A stretch of DNA of 63,423 nt, the filler included. It is 4 parts of 4 records of this genome, joined end to end, with 100 filler letters (N's around TTAATTAATTAA, not from the genome) between each part and the next. Parts side by side here need not be neighbours in the genome. Positions count along the whole stretch, not along the records: positions 46,095 to 57,151 come from SRR20825019_873; positions 57,252 to 63,423 come from SRR20825019_916; 2 more parts are not named here. One strand, written 5' to 3'. The position numbers were made by a program, and so were the translations under genes. The notes beneath the pieces are model-generated. The model was not told the DNA's origin. It saw nothing but the letters and a program-made list of their open reading frames with translations, and did no database searches. Shown piece by piece: positions 54,779-63,423 of the stretch. Numbering within the stretch: position 1 is the first letter of the stretch; every line of letters begins with the position of its first letter.

Positions 54779-56158
54779 CTATTTATATTTCATTGCAGTG
54801 TTGCAATCAACGGGAATGATGACTGTTGTTTCTCCGCCAAAATAAGAAGCACCGTACGTTGAACCGTTGTAATCTTGACGAATAGAGATCTCTTCCCATC
54901 TACACGATCCATCCTTGTCTTTCATAATAGCAACAGCTGAAATGCCGCGTCCTGTTATTATGCCTGTAACTTTGTTTCGTAACGTGTACCATTCTTTACC
55001 CGTAATAAAGGCATATTGAACTTCTTGAGCCCATCTTCCTTTTGCGAATTCTTTGGTAAGGGTCGTAGCTTCTGTTTTGAGAGTTCCCGTATTCAATGCA
55101 CTTGCTGCTGGCATTGGTTTTTCAGCTGCTTCTAATGCGTCGGAAATTTTACAATTTTTAACGGCCGCTTGACCCGCAAGTGTTTCCAACTCTGGTAGAT
55201 TATTGAGTAATTCTTCCATTCGTTTTTGATCCTTCCCAAGAAGAATATATCGTTTGGTTTTGTTGTCTAATTCAGCTTGCGTGCCACCTCTGCGCTCTGG
55301 CTCTGAACAACCACTTTTTGTTCCAAACCAGTACGAGTAATTGACCATAAACAATCCGTCTTCGAGTTTTGTGATGCTTGACCTCAAGACTTTTACATCA
55401 TTCATGTTATCTGCTGACATCAAGCCAATTTCTTTCATGCGACCTTCTTTAAATGCCTTAAACATTCGAGAGCCATCAAAATAGAACTTGTCGAATCTAT
55501 CTTCAGTGAAATAAGCTTTGAGAACATAGTTATCTGCTTTGTCCAAATGCAAGTAAACTGCATTTACACTTTTACCATCGATTTCTCGTTTACTTGAGCT
55601 GATAGTAACCAATTCAGAAAAGTAGTACAACCCAGAGATTCCAAATTCATCTTGAAGAGTCAAGTTTGGAACGGGGAGTGTATTTGCCACCATTTTGGCT
55701 TTTTCTGCTTCTGCTTTCGATTTTTCTAGAATAGCATCAAATCCACTAAACACTGGCGCATACTTAGCTTGCTGCGCTTCAGTTGAAATTGATTTGGCTT
55801 CCTTTTTATCTTCATGACCAGCGATCACTACGCTGTATTTTCCTCCTTCTTCATTGAAGAGTGAAACCGTTTGTCCGTCGATTACGATTCCTTTCTTGTT
55901 TTTTGGGTCCAAATAACCCGTTGCTCCAGAACCAAAATCAATTTTCAGGGTTCCTTCATAGGCTTTTGAACACACGAGATTTACCAATGTGAATTTTGCC
56001 GATGCATCTGTTTTTTCAACAGTTACTTTTTTTCCTAGATCGGCCATTCCGGTGGCACATCCGACATTTACCGATTTACTAAGCGTATATTCTGTTGTTT
56101 CTTGTCCCATTGCGATGCTCGTAACACAAAGGAATAAATAGATTAATTTTCTTTTCAT
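54779..56158 (-). CDS. Secreted hypothetical protein (paralog A)
   Basis: Signal peptide ending AMG-Q; C-terminal W..RN..TG.I.GR...C.W.E...QDYNGSTYG domain. Confidence 0.8.
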   Translation of the reverse strand: MKRKLIYLFLCVTSIAMGQETTEYTLSKSVNVGCATGMADLGKKVTVEKTDASAKFTLVNLVCSKAYEGTLKIDFGSGATGYLDPKNKKGIVIDGQTVSLFNEEGGKYSVVIAGHEDKKEAKSISTEAQQAKYAPVFSGFDAILEKSKAEAEKAKMVANTLPVPNLTLQDEFGISGLYYFSELVTISSSKREIDGKSVNAVYLHLDKADNYVLKAYFTEDRFDKFYFDGSRMFKAFKEGRMKEIGLMSADNMNDVKVLRSSITKLEDGLFMVNYSYWFGTKSGCSEPERRGGTQAELDNKTKRYILLGKDQKRMEELLNNLPELETLAGQAAVKNCKISDALEAAEKPMPAASALNTGTLKTEATTLTKEFAKGRWAQEVQYAFITGKEWYTLRNKVTGIITGRGISAVAIMKDKDGSCRWEEISIRQDYNGSTYGASYFGGETTVIIPVDCNTAMKYK

Positions 56159-56190
56159 TTATTGTAAGATTATGGTGTGATCGAATTGGT

Positions 56191-57084
56191 TTAATCGCAT
56201 TTAACAGCAAATCCTCCAGGGACTTCTCCTGTTCCGTACCCTTTTCCATACGTTGATCCATTATAGTCTTGCTTAACAACGAATTCTTTCCACTCGCAAG
56301 TACCGTTTTTACTATAAATAACAACACCTCTCAACTGACGTCCAATTATTGTATTGCCTCTTCTGAGTGTTTCCCATTCGGTTGACTTAACAAATGATTT
56401 TTCAACGTTTTGTGGCCAATTTCGAGACTTAGCCCATGATAGAATTGCTTCATGCACCTCTGATTTCAGAGTATTGTCGCTCATGCCTTCTTTTGGGAGA
56501 GGATAGGCTTCCGCTTTTGAGTCGTTTAACAGTTTACATTTTGCGATCACTGCTGTTTCAAGAAGTTTTTGGAATTCCGTAGGATTGGCGCAAAGAGCAT
56601 CAACTCTTGCTTTGTCTTTTCCAAGAATAAACTCTCTCACAAGAGATTCTACAGGATAAACTTTTCCTCCTTTCGCAGGTGCAGTCGATTTTGTTGCGCG
56701 CTTAACTTCTGTACAACTCATATCAACAGAGGTGGCTGGTTGTACAACAAAAATGCCTGGTTCAATTTGCAATAGATCAGCATTTATGAGTGAATTTGGT
56801 CCAACATTACCGAGTGTAAATGTATAGAGAGAACCATTTTTCACGGCATCTTCAGCCAATTTATGTGGATTCCCAAACATCGATTTTTGATCCTTATTGT
56901 GGCTTAATTCGATCGATGCTTTTGCTTCATCATACTTGATTGTAACTTCGGTAAAACCTCTTTTCCAAGGATGCTCTAGATTGGCATCATAGTTCGGTTC
57001 TCCAACGTAATACGTTCCAGAAACGTCTTGTCCGATTGATGTACTTGCAAACAGAAGTGATAAATAAATTAGTGCTTTTTTCAT
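56191..57084 (-). CDS. Secreted hypothetical protein (paralog B)
   Basis: Signal peptide ending SIG-Q; same C-terminal QDYNGSTYG domain as 54779-56158. Confidence 0.8.
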   Translation of the reverse strand: MKKALIYLSLLFASTSIGQDVSGTYYVGEPNYDANLEHPWKRGFTEVTIKYDEAKASIELSHNKDQKSMFGNPHKLAEDAVKNGSLYTFTLGNVGPNSLINADLLQIEPGIFVVQPATSVDMSCTEVKRATKSTAPAKGGKVYPVESLVREFILGKDKARVDALCANPTEFQKLLETAVIAKCKLLNDSKAEAYPLPKEGMSDNTLKSEVHEAILSWAKSRNWPQNVEKSFVKSTEWETLRRGNTIIGRQLRGVVIYSKNGTCEWKEFVVKQDYNGSTYGKGYGTGEVPGGFAVKCD

Positions 57085-57151
57085 TTTTTATAGGGTTTAC
57101 GATTGTTTAATAAATTTTTGAGTAATTCCAGTTTTTGTTTGAATGAAGTAA

Positions 57152-57251
57152 NNNNNNNNNNNNNNNNNNNNNNNNNNNNNNNNNNNNNNNNNNNNTTAAT
57201 TAATTAANNNNNNNNNNNNNNNNNNNNNNNNNNNNNNNNNNNNNNNNNNNN
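57152..57251. other. Artificial contig spacer
   Basis: N runs plus TTAATTAATTAA. Confidence 0.98.
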
Positions 57252-57252
57252 C

Positions 57253-58569
57253 TATCCCGGCGGCAATTTCGTCTCGGCCTATAACTGGGAAGACGGCATC
57301 GGCCCGAAGGAGGAGCGCCCGGTGCGGCTGGACCTTGCCTGGCACACATCCGAAAGCAATCAGGTCGGCATCCATGAATTCTCCAAATGGTGCGATTCTG
57401 TCGGCACAGAGATGATGCTGGCGATCAACCTCGGCACACGCGGCATCAACGAGGCACGCAACTTTCTCGAATACGTCAATCATCCGGGCGGCAGCACATG
57501 GTCTGATTTGCGCCGCGAAAATGGCCGTGAAGAACCATGGGACGTGAAACTCTGGTGCCTTGGCAACGAGATGGATGGGCCATGGCAGACCGGACACAAG
57601 ACGGCAGAGGAATACGGCCGGCTTGCCTATGAAACAGCAAAGGCCATGCGGCAGTTTGACCGCAGCCTCGAACTCGTTGTCTGCGGCTCCTCATCATCTC
57701 ATATGGAAACCTACCCCGAGTGGGAAGCAACGGTTCTCGACCATACATATGACGCGGTCGACTATATTTCACTGCATATGTATTTCGAGAACTACGCGAA
57801 AAACACCGCAAGCTACCTGGCCAAGTCTATCGAGCTGGATAACTATATCGGTACCGTTGCAGGCGTCATCTCTTATATCAAATCGAAAAAGCGCTCGAAC
57901 AAGGACGTCTACATCTCGTTTGACGAGTGGAACGTCTGGTATCACTCGAAAAAGCGCGATGAAGCAACACTGGCCGGCGAGGAAGGCTGGCCATTTGCCC
58001 CACCGCTTCTGGAAGACGACTATAATTTTGAAGACGTGCTGCAGGTTGGCTGCATATTGAACACCTTCATCAATCGCGCCGATGTTGTGAAGATCGGCTG
58101 CCTTGCACAGCTCGTCAACGTCATCGCACCGATCATGACCGAGCCGGGCGGCGCAGCATGGCGCCAGACAATCTTCTATCCGTACTACTTTGCCTCCCGC
58201 TACGGACGCGGCACAGCCTTGAAGCTTGCAGTGAACTCGCCATCCTATCCGGTGGAGGGCCTTGGCGAGGTTCCACTCATCGACGTCTCGGCTGTTCACA
58301 ACGAAGACGACGGCACACTGTCTTTCTTCATCGTCAACCGCAGCGAAAGCGAAACCGTTGCACTTGATCTGGCTCTGGAAGGCTTCAGTCCCGGCTCCGT
58401 GCTCGATGATCAGGTGATTGCGCACAACGACATCAACATCACTAACACGGCGGCCACACCGGACAACGTTGCGCCGAGCGCTGCCGATGATGCAAAAATT
58501 GCAGATGGCGGACTTGCGGCCTCCATCGCTCCGCTCAGCTATCGCTTCATCCGCCTGAAACTCGTTTAA
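57253..58569 (+). CDS. abfA: Alpha-L-arabinofuranosidase, GH51 (5' truncated)
   Basis: YPGGNFVS at the contig start, LGNEMDG (acid/base), SFDEWNVW (nucleophile), AQLVNVIAPI. Confidence 0.93.
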   Translation, partial: YPGGNFVSAYNWEDGIGPKEERPVRLDLAWHTSESNQVGIHEFSKWCDSVGTEMMLAINLGTRGINEARNFLEYVNHPGGSTWSDLRRENGREEPWDVKLWCLGNEMDGPWQTGHKTAEEYGRLAYETAKAMRQFDRSLELVVCGSSSSHMETYPEWEATVLDHTYDAVDYISLHMYFENYAKNTASYLAKSIELDNYIGTVAGVISYIKSKKRSNKDVYISFDEWNVWYHSKKRDEATLAGEEGWPFAPPLLEDDYNFEDVLQVGCILNTFINRADVVKIGCLAQLVNVIAPIMTEPGGAAWRQTIFYPYYFASRYGRGTALKLAVNSPSYPVEGLGEVPLIDVSAVHNEDDGTLSFFIVNRSESETVALDLALEGFSPGSVLDDQVIAHNDINITNTAATPDNVAPSAADDAKIADGGLAASIAPLSYRFIRLKLV

Positions 58570-58583
58570 ACCATGGTTCTTGG

Positions 58584-58629
58584 TTTACATCGATATATAT
58601 GTTGACAAATCGTTAAATTATCCTAACGT
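58584..58629 (+). promoter_or_regulatory. LacI-type operator beside a sigma70-like promoter
   Basis: TTTACATCGATATATA (14/16 to the palindrome TTTACATCGATGTAAA) at 58584-58599; TTGACA (58602)-N16-TAACGT (58624). Confidence 0.55.
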
Positions 58630-58809
58630 TCCTAAAAAGGCGTTGGATGTGCATTGGGAGGAAGCAATGGAAACGAGCGTTTCTGTTTCGGCACTCAATC
58701 CGACGGGTGAGAAACTGAGCGGCACCGGCCCCAAAAGCCGGGTCCGCCCTGCCGAAACATCATTTTCGGCATTACCGCCCATCGTTCGCAAGCAAGGGAG
58801 TGCTGCGCG

Positions 58810-59937
58810 ATGACTGCCCATATCGAAATCAAGAATGTAACCAAGCGCTATGGCACGCTGACCGTTCTCGACAACATTTCTCTGTCGATAGCACCGAATG
58901 AATTCATGGTGTTTCTCGGGCCGTCAGGTTGCGGAAAATCCACACTTTTGCGGATGATCGCAGGACTGGAAGCTGTCAATGAGGGCGAAATTGCCATCAA
59001 TGGCAGACGCATCGACAACCTCCCGCCCGGACAGCGTGGCCTTGCCATGGTGTTCCAGAATTACGCCATTTATCCGCATATGACAGTCGCGGAAAACATG
59101 GCCTTCGGACTGAAAAACATCGGCACCGAAAAAAGTGTGATCGATGCACGCATCAAAGAAGCGGCGCGTATGCTGGAAATCAGCCACCTTCTGGAGCGCA
59201 AACCAAACCAGCTTTCCGGTGGTCAGCGACAGCGCGTCGCCATTGGCCGGGCGATTGTCAAGGAACCGGAAGCCTTTCTGTTTGACGAACCGCTTTCAAA
59301 CCTCGATGCCGCGCTTCGAACCCGTACCCGCGTGGAGCTGGCACAGCTGCGAAACCGCGTCGCATCGACCATGATCTTCGTCACCCATGACCAGATCGAG
59401 GCAATGACGCTCGCCGACCGGATTGTGGTGCTGAACAACCGCAAGATCGAGCAGATTGGCGGACCGATGGAAATCTACAGCCGCCCGGTCAGTGAATTCG
59501 TGGCCCGCTTCGTCGGCTCGCCGACAATGAACTTTCTCAACGCGGAAATCACATCGGAAGAAGGATACGCAAAGGCGACGTTTCCGGATGGCACCAGCCT
59601 TCAGACCGGCATCGCCACGAAGATCCTTCCCGAAGGCTCGATGAAGCTCGGTATCCGCGCCGAGGGGGTCAAATGCGTTCACGATGAAGCCAAGGCCACA
59701 ACGAAAGGCAAGGTCGACGTGCTGGAACGCCTCGGTGATCGTACCCTCCTGTACACGAAGCTTGCTGACGGCACGGTTGTCGTGGCTGAGGATATCGGTC
59801 TGAGCCAGGCCACGATTGGCGATACTGTTCATCTCGCTTTTGATGGTTATGCCTGCCATCTTTTTGATACCGACGGCAAGGCCTACCATAATGACGAGGC
59901 GGCGGCAGAACGGCAGCGGGAGACAGATCATGCCTGA
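58810..59937 (+). CDS. Carbohydrate ABC transporter ATP-binding protein (MalK/UgpC-like)
   Basis: GPSGCGKST, LSGGQRQR, DEPLSNLDA. Confidence 0.95.
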   Translation: MTAHIEIKNVTKRYGTLTVLDNISLSIAPNEFMVFLGPSGCGKSTLLRMIAGLEAVNEGEIAINGRRIDNLPPGQRGLAMVFQNYAIYPHMTVAENMAFGLKNIGTEKSVIDARIKEAARMLEISHLLERKPNQLSGGQRQRVAIGRAIVKEPEAFLFDEPLSNLDAALRTRTRVELAQLRNRVASTMIFVTHDQIEAMTLADRIVVLNNRKIEQIGGPMEIYSRPVSEFVARFVGSPTMNFLNAEITSEEGYAKATFPDGTSLQTGIATKILPEGSMKLGIRAEGVKCVHDEAKATTKGKVDVLERLGDRTLLYTKLADGTVVVAEDIGLSQATIGDTVHLAFDGYACHLFDTDGKAYHNDEAAAERQRETDHA

Positions 59938-60871
59938 TGCCGTTGAAACCCGTTCAACCACGACTTCCAAGGCCCCAAAAGGCTTGAAGAACGGAACGGC
60001 CAATATCAACGCTTCGCGCTGGAGCAACGGGCTGTTCATCCTGCCTTATATGATTTTCTTCGTCACGCTTCTGGTGTTCCCGATGATCTGGAACATCTGG
60101 CTCAGCCTGCATCGGGCGGATGCTTTCTCGATGGGCCGCTTCATCGGCATTGGAAACTATGTTCGCCTGTTCAATGATGAAGTATTTCTGAAGGCCGTCT
60201 GGAACACCTTTTATTTCGTTTTCCTCACAGTGCCACCACTGGCGGTGATCGGATTATTCCTGGCAATTGCGCTAAACCGGCAAACCAGGACGGCGGCAGC
60301 ACTCAGAACGCTTTATTTCTCTTCATCCGTGCTGTCTGTCACGATCGTCACGCTGATCTGGCGCATTGTCTTTATCGGTCAGTTCGGCCTCCTGGCCACT
60401 ATTTACGGCTGGTTTGGCGCAACACCTCCTGCCTTTCTGTCCGATCCGGATCTTGTCATGATTGGCATTGCAATCGCCACGATCTGGTGGTGTATCGGCC
60501 TGCCGATGATGCTTTATCTTTCAGCGTTACAGCAAATTCCGCAGGAGATTTACGAGGCAGCAGCGCTGGATAACGCCAATCGCTGGCGCACACTCTGGTA
60601 CATCACCCTGCCCTCGATCAAACGAACCATTATTCTGGTCGTGATCATCCAGATCGTCATGCAGTTCCAGCTCTTTGGTCAGGCCAGATTGATGACCAAT
60701 GGCGGCCCGAACAATGAGTCTCTGCCTCTGGTTCTGTTTATCTATCAGATGGCATTCACCCGATGGGATATCGGCCTTGGCGCCGCCGCATCGGAAGTCC
60801 TGTTCGTGCTCATCCTGATTGCAGCCATGACACAGTTTATCATTTCGCGCCGCAAGGGAGATCACCAATGA
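59930..60871 (+). CDS. Carbohydrate ABC permease 1
   Basis: TM helices; EIYEAAALDNA EAA loop; start ATG 59930 after GGGAG. Confidence 0.93.
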   Translation: MPDAVETRSTTTSKAPKGLKNGTANINASRWSNGLFILPYMIFFVTLLVFPMIWNIWLSLHRADAFSMGRFIGIGNYVRLFNDEVFLKAVWNTFYFVFLTVPPLAVIGLFLAIALNRQTRTAAALRTLYFSSSVLSVTIVTLIWRIVFIGQFGLLATIYGWFGATPPAFLSDPDLVMIGIAIATIWWCIGLPMMLYLSALQQIPQEIYEAAALDNANRWRTLWYITLPSIKRTIILVVIIQIVMQFQLFGQARLMTNGGPNNESLPLVLFIYQMAFTRWDIGLGAAASEVLFVLILIAAMTQFIISRRKGDHQ

Positions 60872-61713
60872 GCAGTTTTGGCCTCTCAAACAAAAGCACA
60901 CTCGGTGACAAGCTGATCCTTGGTTCCGTCATCGTGCTGGCGCTGATCATGGTCGCCCCTGTTGCATGGGTGATAGGGCTTTCATTGAAAGACAACGCCG
61001 AGCTCATGGCCAACATGAATGCGGTTTTCAATGCCCCTTACACATTGCAGAACTATTTCAATATCTTCGGCAACTCCTCAGTGTTCCGCTGGATACTGAA
61101 CAGCATCATCGTGTCGGGAAGTGTCACCTTTGGCATTCTGGTGCTGACCTCACTGGCCGGTTATGGCTTTGCCCGGATGAACTTTCCTTTCCGCAACACA
61201 ATCTTTGTAATCGTGCTGCTGGGGCTGGCCATTCCTGAACAGGCAGTTCTGATCGCACGCCATCAGATTTTCTCCGAGCTTGGCCTGCACAACACATACT
61301 GGGCACTGATCCTGCCGGGGCTCTCCGCACCGTTCGGCGTATTCCTGATGACCCAGTTTTTCCGGGCCATTCCGAAGGAAATGGATGAAGCCGCCCTTCT
61401 GGATAACGCCAGCCGGTTCAAGATATTCTGGAAAGTGCTGCTGCCATTGACACTGCCAGCCCAGGCAACACTCGGAATTTTCACCTTTCTCCTGGCCTGG
61501 AATGACTATTTCTGGCCGTTGATCACCGCCACACGCAAAGAAATGTATACGCTGACGGTTGGGATCGCCTCATCGCAAATGAATTTTGCACAGACTGAAG
61601 GTCTTGGTTTTTTGATGGCGCAAGCCGTTTTTGCCAGTGCGCCGATCCTGATCGTTTACCTGTTCTTCCAGAAATACATCGTTACCGCGGTTTCCGGCTC
61701 ACCGGGTAAATGA
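60868..61713 (+). CDS. Carbohydrate ABC permease 2
   Basis: AGYGFAR, EMDEAALLDNA, WNDYFWP; ATGA overlap with the upstream gene. Confidence 0.93.
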   Translation: MSSFGLSNKSTLGDKLILGSVIVLALIMVAPVAWVIGLSLKDNAELMANMNAVFNAPYTLQNYFNIFGNSSVFRWILNSIIVSGSVTFGILVLTSLAGYGFARMNFPFRNTIFVIVLLGLAIPEQAVLIARHQIFSELGLHNTYWALILPGLSAPFGVFLMTQFFRAIPKEMDEAALLDNASRFKIFWKVLLPLTLPAQATLGIFTFLLAWNDYFWPLITATRKEMYTLTVGIASSQMNFAQTEGLGFLMAQAVFASAPILIVYLFFQKYIVTAVSGSPGK

Positions 61714-61881
61714 TGACTTTCCGCGCGGGCGACAACACAACGCGCGGAGCAGAAAACCGGAATTCGGGCCCGTTCGAAAACGGACCTCTTTAGAATGGAG
61801 AGATACTTTCAAGAGCTTTCGCCCGGGCGGGTGGAAACTTTCAACTGGGTCAGACACGGCCCGTTTCGTGGAGGAGTAGAC

Positions 61882-63207
61882 ATGAAACATCGCATGAAAA
61901 CCGCACTTCTGGGCGCATTGTCTGTCGCCGCCCTTTCTGCCGCATCTCCAGCACTTGCTGAAACCACCATCGACTTCCAGCGCTTCTTCGGTGCCTGCGA
62001 AGCAGAGTTCGGTGAAAACACCGATGTCTCTGCAGCCGTTGGCGAATGCGGTATCATCACCTCAATGGTGAACAAGTTCGAGGCAGAAAATCCTGACATC
62101 ACGGTCAATGTCACGACCGTTGAGTGGCCCGGCTATGACCAGTTGACGGCACAGTTTGCCGCCGGCGATCCACCGGATGTGGTCACCATTCACCAGTCCG
62201 TATTGGGTGACTATGCCTCCAAACGCCTGCTGGAACCGCTCAATGACCTGCTGGCCGAAGAAGGTATCAGCCCCGAAAGCTTTACGCCTGCAAGTCTTGC
62301 CGGTGTAACCCGTGACGGCAAAATATATGGTCTGCCCATCGATAACTGGAGCCAGCTCTGGCACATTAACCTGGCTCTGTTTGACGAAGCTGGCCTGCTG
62401 AACGACGATGGCACCCCGGTCCTGCCGACCAGTGTTGATGAACTGATCAAGCAGGCGGCGCAGTTTAAAGAAGCAACCGGCAAACCTTACTTCACTATGC
62501 CGTTGGCCAATGAAACCGCACTTTATACACGCGATTTCTATACTTACCTTCAACAGCAAGATTCAGACTTCTTCGCCAATCCCATCGAAATCAACATTGA
62601 AACACCGGAAGCCAAAGCCATTCTGGAAATGTACAAGTCGCTTTATCAGAATGGCGATGTAACGCATGACCTGGATTATGGCGCTTCGCTGAATGCGTTC
62701 CTGGCTGGTGATGCCGGTGTTCACGAAGGCGGCACCTGGGTTATCGGCGATTATGATGCCGAATCCAAGAAAGACGGTACGGCGCTGAATGCAGGCGGTT
62801 ACACCGTTTACCCCTATCCGCAGCTTTTCGACGGCACACGAAGCCAGTATGCTGACGGCCACAGCCTTGCCGTTTCGCAAATGGATCGCTCCGAAGAGGA
62901 ACAGGCTGCGATCGGCAAGTTTCTGAAATTCATGTATGACAATGACTATGACTGGGCACGCACCGGGCACCTGCCTTCGGTTCAGGCCGTTCTGGATTCT
63001 GAAGAATTTCAGGCCCTGCCACATCGTGAAACAGTGCTGGAGGTCGCCGAGATCGGTACGCCACTGCCCGGTGATGTTCAGCGTCAGTTCGCCATTCAGG
63101 ATATTATCGGTCAGGAAATGAACGCTGCCATGACTGGTCAGAAAAGCATTGATGACGCGCTTTCTTCCATGCAGGATCGTGTAAACGATCTTCTGCGCTA
63201 CCTCTGA
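61882..63207 (+). CDS. Extracellular solute-binding protein (likely arabino-oligosaccharide)
   Basis: GGAGGAG SD; signal peptide ...SPALA; GDPPDVV, DGKIYGLP; operon context with GH51. Confidence 0.9.
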   Translation: MKHRMKTALLGALSVAALSAASPALAETTIDFQRFFGACEAEFGENTDVSAAVGECGIITSMVNKFEAENPDITVNVTTVEWPGYDQLTAQFAAGDPPDVVTIHQSVLGDYASKRLLEPLNDLLAEEGISPESFTPASLAGVTRDGKIYGLPIDNWSQLWHINLALFDEAGLLNDDGTPVLPTSVDELIKQAAQFKEATGKPYFTMPLANETALYTRDFYTYLQQQDSDFFANPIEINIETPEAKAILEMYKSLYQNGDVTHDLDYGASLNAFLAGDAGVHEGGTWVIGDYDAESKKDGTALNAGGYTVYPYPQLFDGTRSQYADGHSLAVSQMDRSEEEQAAIGKFLKFMYDNDYDWARTGHLPSVQAVLDSEEFQALPHRETVLEVAEIGTPLPGDVQRQFAIQDIIGQEMNAAMTGQKSIDDALSSMQDRVNDLLRYL

Positions 63208-63233
63208 TCATTTTGCGTAAACATGACGATAAC

Positions 63234-63268
63234 GGCGTGGACCGAAAGGCCCGCGCCTTTTTTCTTTT
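63234..63268 (+). terminator. Intrinsic terminator
   Basis: GGCGTGGACC-GAAA-GGCCCGCGCC followed by a T-run. Confidence 0.75.
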
Positions 63269-63393
63269 CCGGGCGACTCGTGCATCGCACCTTCAGTTTG
63301 ACAAAGTGGGTTACCAAACGGGCAAGCCTCGAAAAAGCAGACCAAGGTCACCCGATCGTTCCAAAACGCACCAAATATCTTCAGGAAATTAAA

Positions 63394-63423
63394 TGGTGCC
63401 CCTTGCCGGAATCGAACCAGCAC
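63394..63423 (-). tRNA. tRNA 3' end (probably tRNA-Leu), truncated by the window end
   Basis: Minus strand reads GTGCTGGTTCGATTCCGGCAAGGGGCACCA: T-arm GGTTCGA, acceptor strand and encoded CCA. The anticodon is not visible. Confidence 0.8.

Noticed and set aside
63208-63423. 71-aa minus-strand ORF
   Set aside because: Overlaps the tRNA 3' end and a terminator; not credible as coding.

Overview
The window is not one locus. It is four unrelated contigs joined by 100-nt N spacers carrying TTAATTAATTAA (22409-22508, 45995-46094, 57152-57251). (1) 1-22408: a compact, mostly GC-rich genome of a flagellated microbial eukaryote with 40-61 nt GT-AG introns. It holds a WW/coiled-coil protein, a SPATA7-like protein, a RING protein, a ~2,090-aa split-Nudix/SH3/C2 protein, CFAP45, DGAT2, a plant-type D-amino-acid transaminase and an SLC1 transporter, on almost perfectly alternating strands. 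(2) 22509-45994: an AT-rich Flavobacteriaceae-type contig with ligA, prmC, a surface-glycan cassette and housekeeping genes. It also holds the best candidate for an undescribed system: a signal-peptide-bearing PEP-synthase/PPDK-family dikinase with permuted domain order, two beta-lactamase/PBP-fold serine hydrolases and an NTT (ATP/ADP translocase)-HEAT fusion. (3) 46095-57151: another Bacteroidota contig with SRP RNA, a ferredoxin/acyl-CoA reductase pair, a PAS-SpoIIE phosphatase, Rrf2-DUF2061, an AlkP-family enzyme, OmpA, TerB-DnaJ and two paralogous secreted unknowns. (4) 57252-63423: a probably alphaproteobacterial GH51 arabinofuranosidase plus carbohydrate ABC operon, ending at the 3' end of a tRNA. 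All calls are from motif recognition by eye. No searches were run, and the intron models are manual.
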